Below are positions 42,177 to 43,032 of a stretch of 43,032 nucleotides of DNA, one piece after another. How positions within the stretch are numbered: the first letter of the stretch is position 1; each line of letters begins with the position of its first letter. A program made the translations under genes and the position numbers. The notes under the pieces were generated by a model. It was given only the letters and a program-made list of their open reading frames with translations, was not told where the DNA came from and did not search any database. The DNA comes from Thermoproteota archaeon (GTDB lineage Archaea; Thermoproteota; Bathyarchaeia; Bathyarchaeales; JAYEKF01), in assembly GCA_034660895.1 (NCBI GenBank), contig JAYEKF010000044.1, positions 1 to 43,032 of the forward strand, written 5' to 3'.

Positions 42177-42716
42177 TTATACAATCTCTACTCCTGTCAA
42201 GTTTTTGATGAATACCATCGCCTCGTCAGGAGTCATCGTGTGCTCCGCTCCAACTTTGGACCTAGCATGACGCCTGTACTTCACTCGATATCCAGGTCTG
42301 CTTACGGTAACGGAGATGTTCATCCCGAACATGCCTAACTCCGGCACGTATTTTACACCAGGTAGTTCAATATGCTCTTTAATCCCAAACGAAAAATTAC
42401 CACAGTGGTCAAAGCTGCCTCTTGAAATTTTGTTGTCTACAGCCTCAAAAGCTTTTTTAAGAAAACCTATCGCCTTCTCTTTTCGAAGCGTTACCAAACA
42501 TGCAATAGGTTCCCCTTTTCTAATGCCGAACCCACGTATAGTTTGCTTGGCTCTTCGTTGACAGGGTTGTTGCCCAGTTATTCCTTTAAGAATTTTCATA
42601 GCGTTTTGGAGCGGCGTCCCAGATTTCCCAACGCATATGTTCACAGTTACTTTTTCAATTTTAGGTTTCAACATCGGGTTTTCTTCCCATTTTTCTCGGA
42701 TTTCCTCCGCCGACAA
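42177..42716 (-). CDS. rpl5: 50S ribosomal protein L5 (the ORF track extends to 42758; TTG 42716 with a GGAGGT RBS avoids a 41-nt overlap with S4e)
   Basis: The sequences [21 protein letters not shown] and [14 protein letters not shown] are present. Confidence 0.9.
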   Translation of the reverse strand: MSAEEIREKWEENPMLKPKIEKVTVNICVGKSGTPLQNAMKILKGITGQQPCQRRAKQTIRGFGIRKGEPIACLVTLRKEKAIGFLKKAFEAVDNKISRGSFDHCGNFSFGIKEHIELPGVKYVPELGMFGMNISVTVSRPGYRVKYRRHARSKVGAEHTMTPDEAMVFIKNLTGVEIV

Positions 42717-42717
42717 T

Positions 42718-43032
42718 TCAATTAACCTCCGGCAAGGAAATACATGGCTTGGTGCCACCGACTACAAAAAGTAGATTCACTAGCGTTTTGAAACGGTTCC
42801 CACTCCCATCTTCAACTGTAACCAACCAGTCTCTACGTTTTTTATCAGCCACTTCTTCAATGTTAACAATTTTTCCATACTTTCCAACGTTTTTTCCACC
42901 GATGGTAACAGCGAAAACGTTGTTCTTTAATTTTATTTGTTCAACAATTTCGCGGTTTGGAATGTTTATCTTTAAAACATCAAAAGTTTGATAAACATCT
43001 TCCTCACGATTTTTAGGGTCTGCAACGCGGAT
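42718..43032 (-). CDS. rps4e: 30S ribosomal protein S4e, C-terminal part (gene continues beyond the window end)
   Basis: The minus-strand frame is open from the window edge. It translates as ...FAVTIGGKNVGKYGKIVNIEE...VTVEDGSGNRFKTLVNLLFVVGGTKPCISLPEVN*, with a TGA stop at 42718-42720. It is not in the ORF track because no start codon lies in the window. Confidence 0.85.
   Translation of the reverse strand: MRVADPKNREEDVYQTFDVLKINIPNREIVEQIKLKNNVFAVTIGGKNVGKYGKIVNIEEVADKKRRDWLVTVEDGSGNRFKTLVNLLFVVGGTKPCISLPEVN

Overview
The window is archaeal chromosomal DNA. Support: the ribosomal proteins S26e, L14e, L34e, L19e, L32e and S4e, a secY cluster, and two archaeal-type tRNAs. The S26e and Hdr/OFOR/ETF content suggests an anaerobic TACK or Bathyarchaeia-like organism, but that lineage call is inference only.

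Layout:
(1) 1-12.4 kb is a redox and catabolic locus. It holds hdrA (5'-partial), hdrC, hdrB, an acyl-CoA dehydrogenase, a three-subunit 2-oxoacid:ferredoxin oxidoreductase, and the convergent pair etfB-etfA.
(2) A roughly 3.3 kb island (7043-10392) lies inside this locus. It encodes uncharacterised membrane and secreted glycoprotein-like genes. They show internal paralogy, a duplicated 48-nt leader element, and a NIDO-like extracellular domain signature. The island directly abuts the decayed 3' remnant of a second acyl-CoA dehydrogenase. This is my best candidate for something undescribed.
(3) 12.7-34.8 kb holds mixed housekeeping and small genes. These are tRNA-Asp, tRNA-Lys, a GPN-loop GTPase, a CinA-like protein, two radical-SAM enzymes behind an ArsR regulator, an HTH regulator with hsp20, HAD, HIT, class II HMG-CoA reductase, prs, a THUMP tRNA methyltransferase, RNase Z, a CDP-alcohol phosphatidyltransferase, S26e and a PfkB kinase.
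(4) 34.8-43.0 kb, all on the minus strand, is the ribosomal protein and secY cluster. Its order is S4e(partial)-L5-S14-S8-L6-L32e-L19e-L18-S5-L30-secY-DUF106-L34e-cmk-L14e. L15 and adk are not at their usual positions.

I found no rRNA, CRISPR array, transposase or integrase. Several otherwise intact genes carry single frame disruptions, some at homopolymer runs. This points either to assembly indels or to ongoing pseudogenisation. All family assignments come from motif recognition by eye, and no database search was run.
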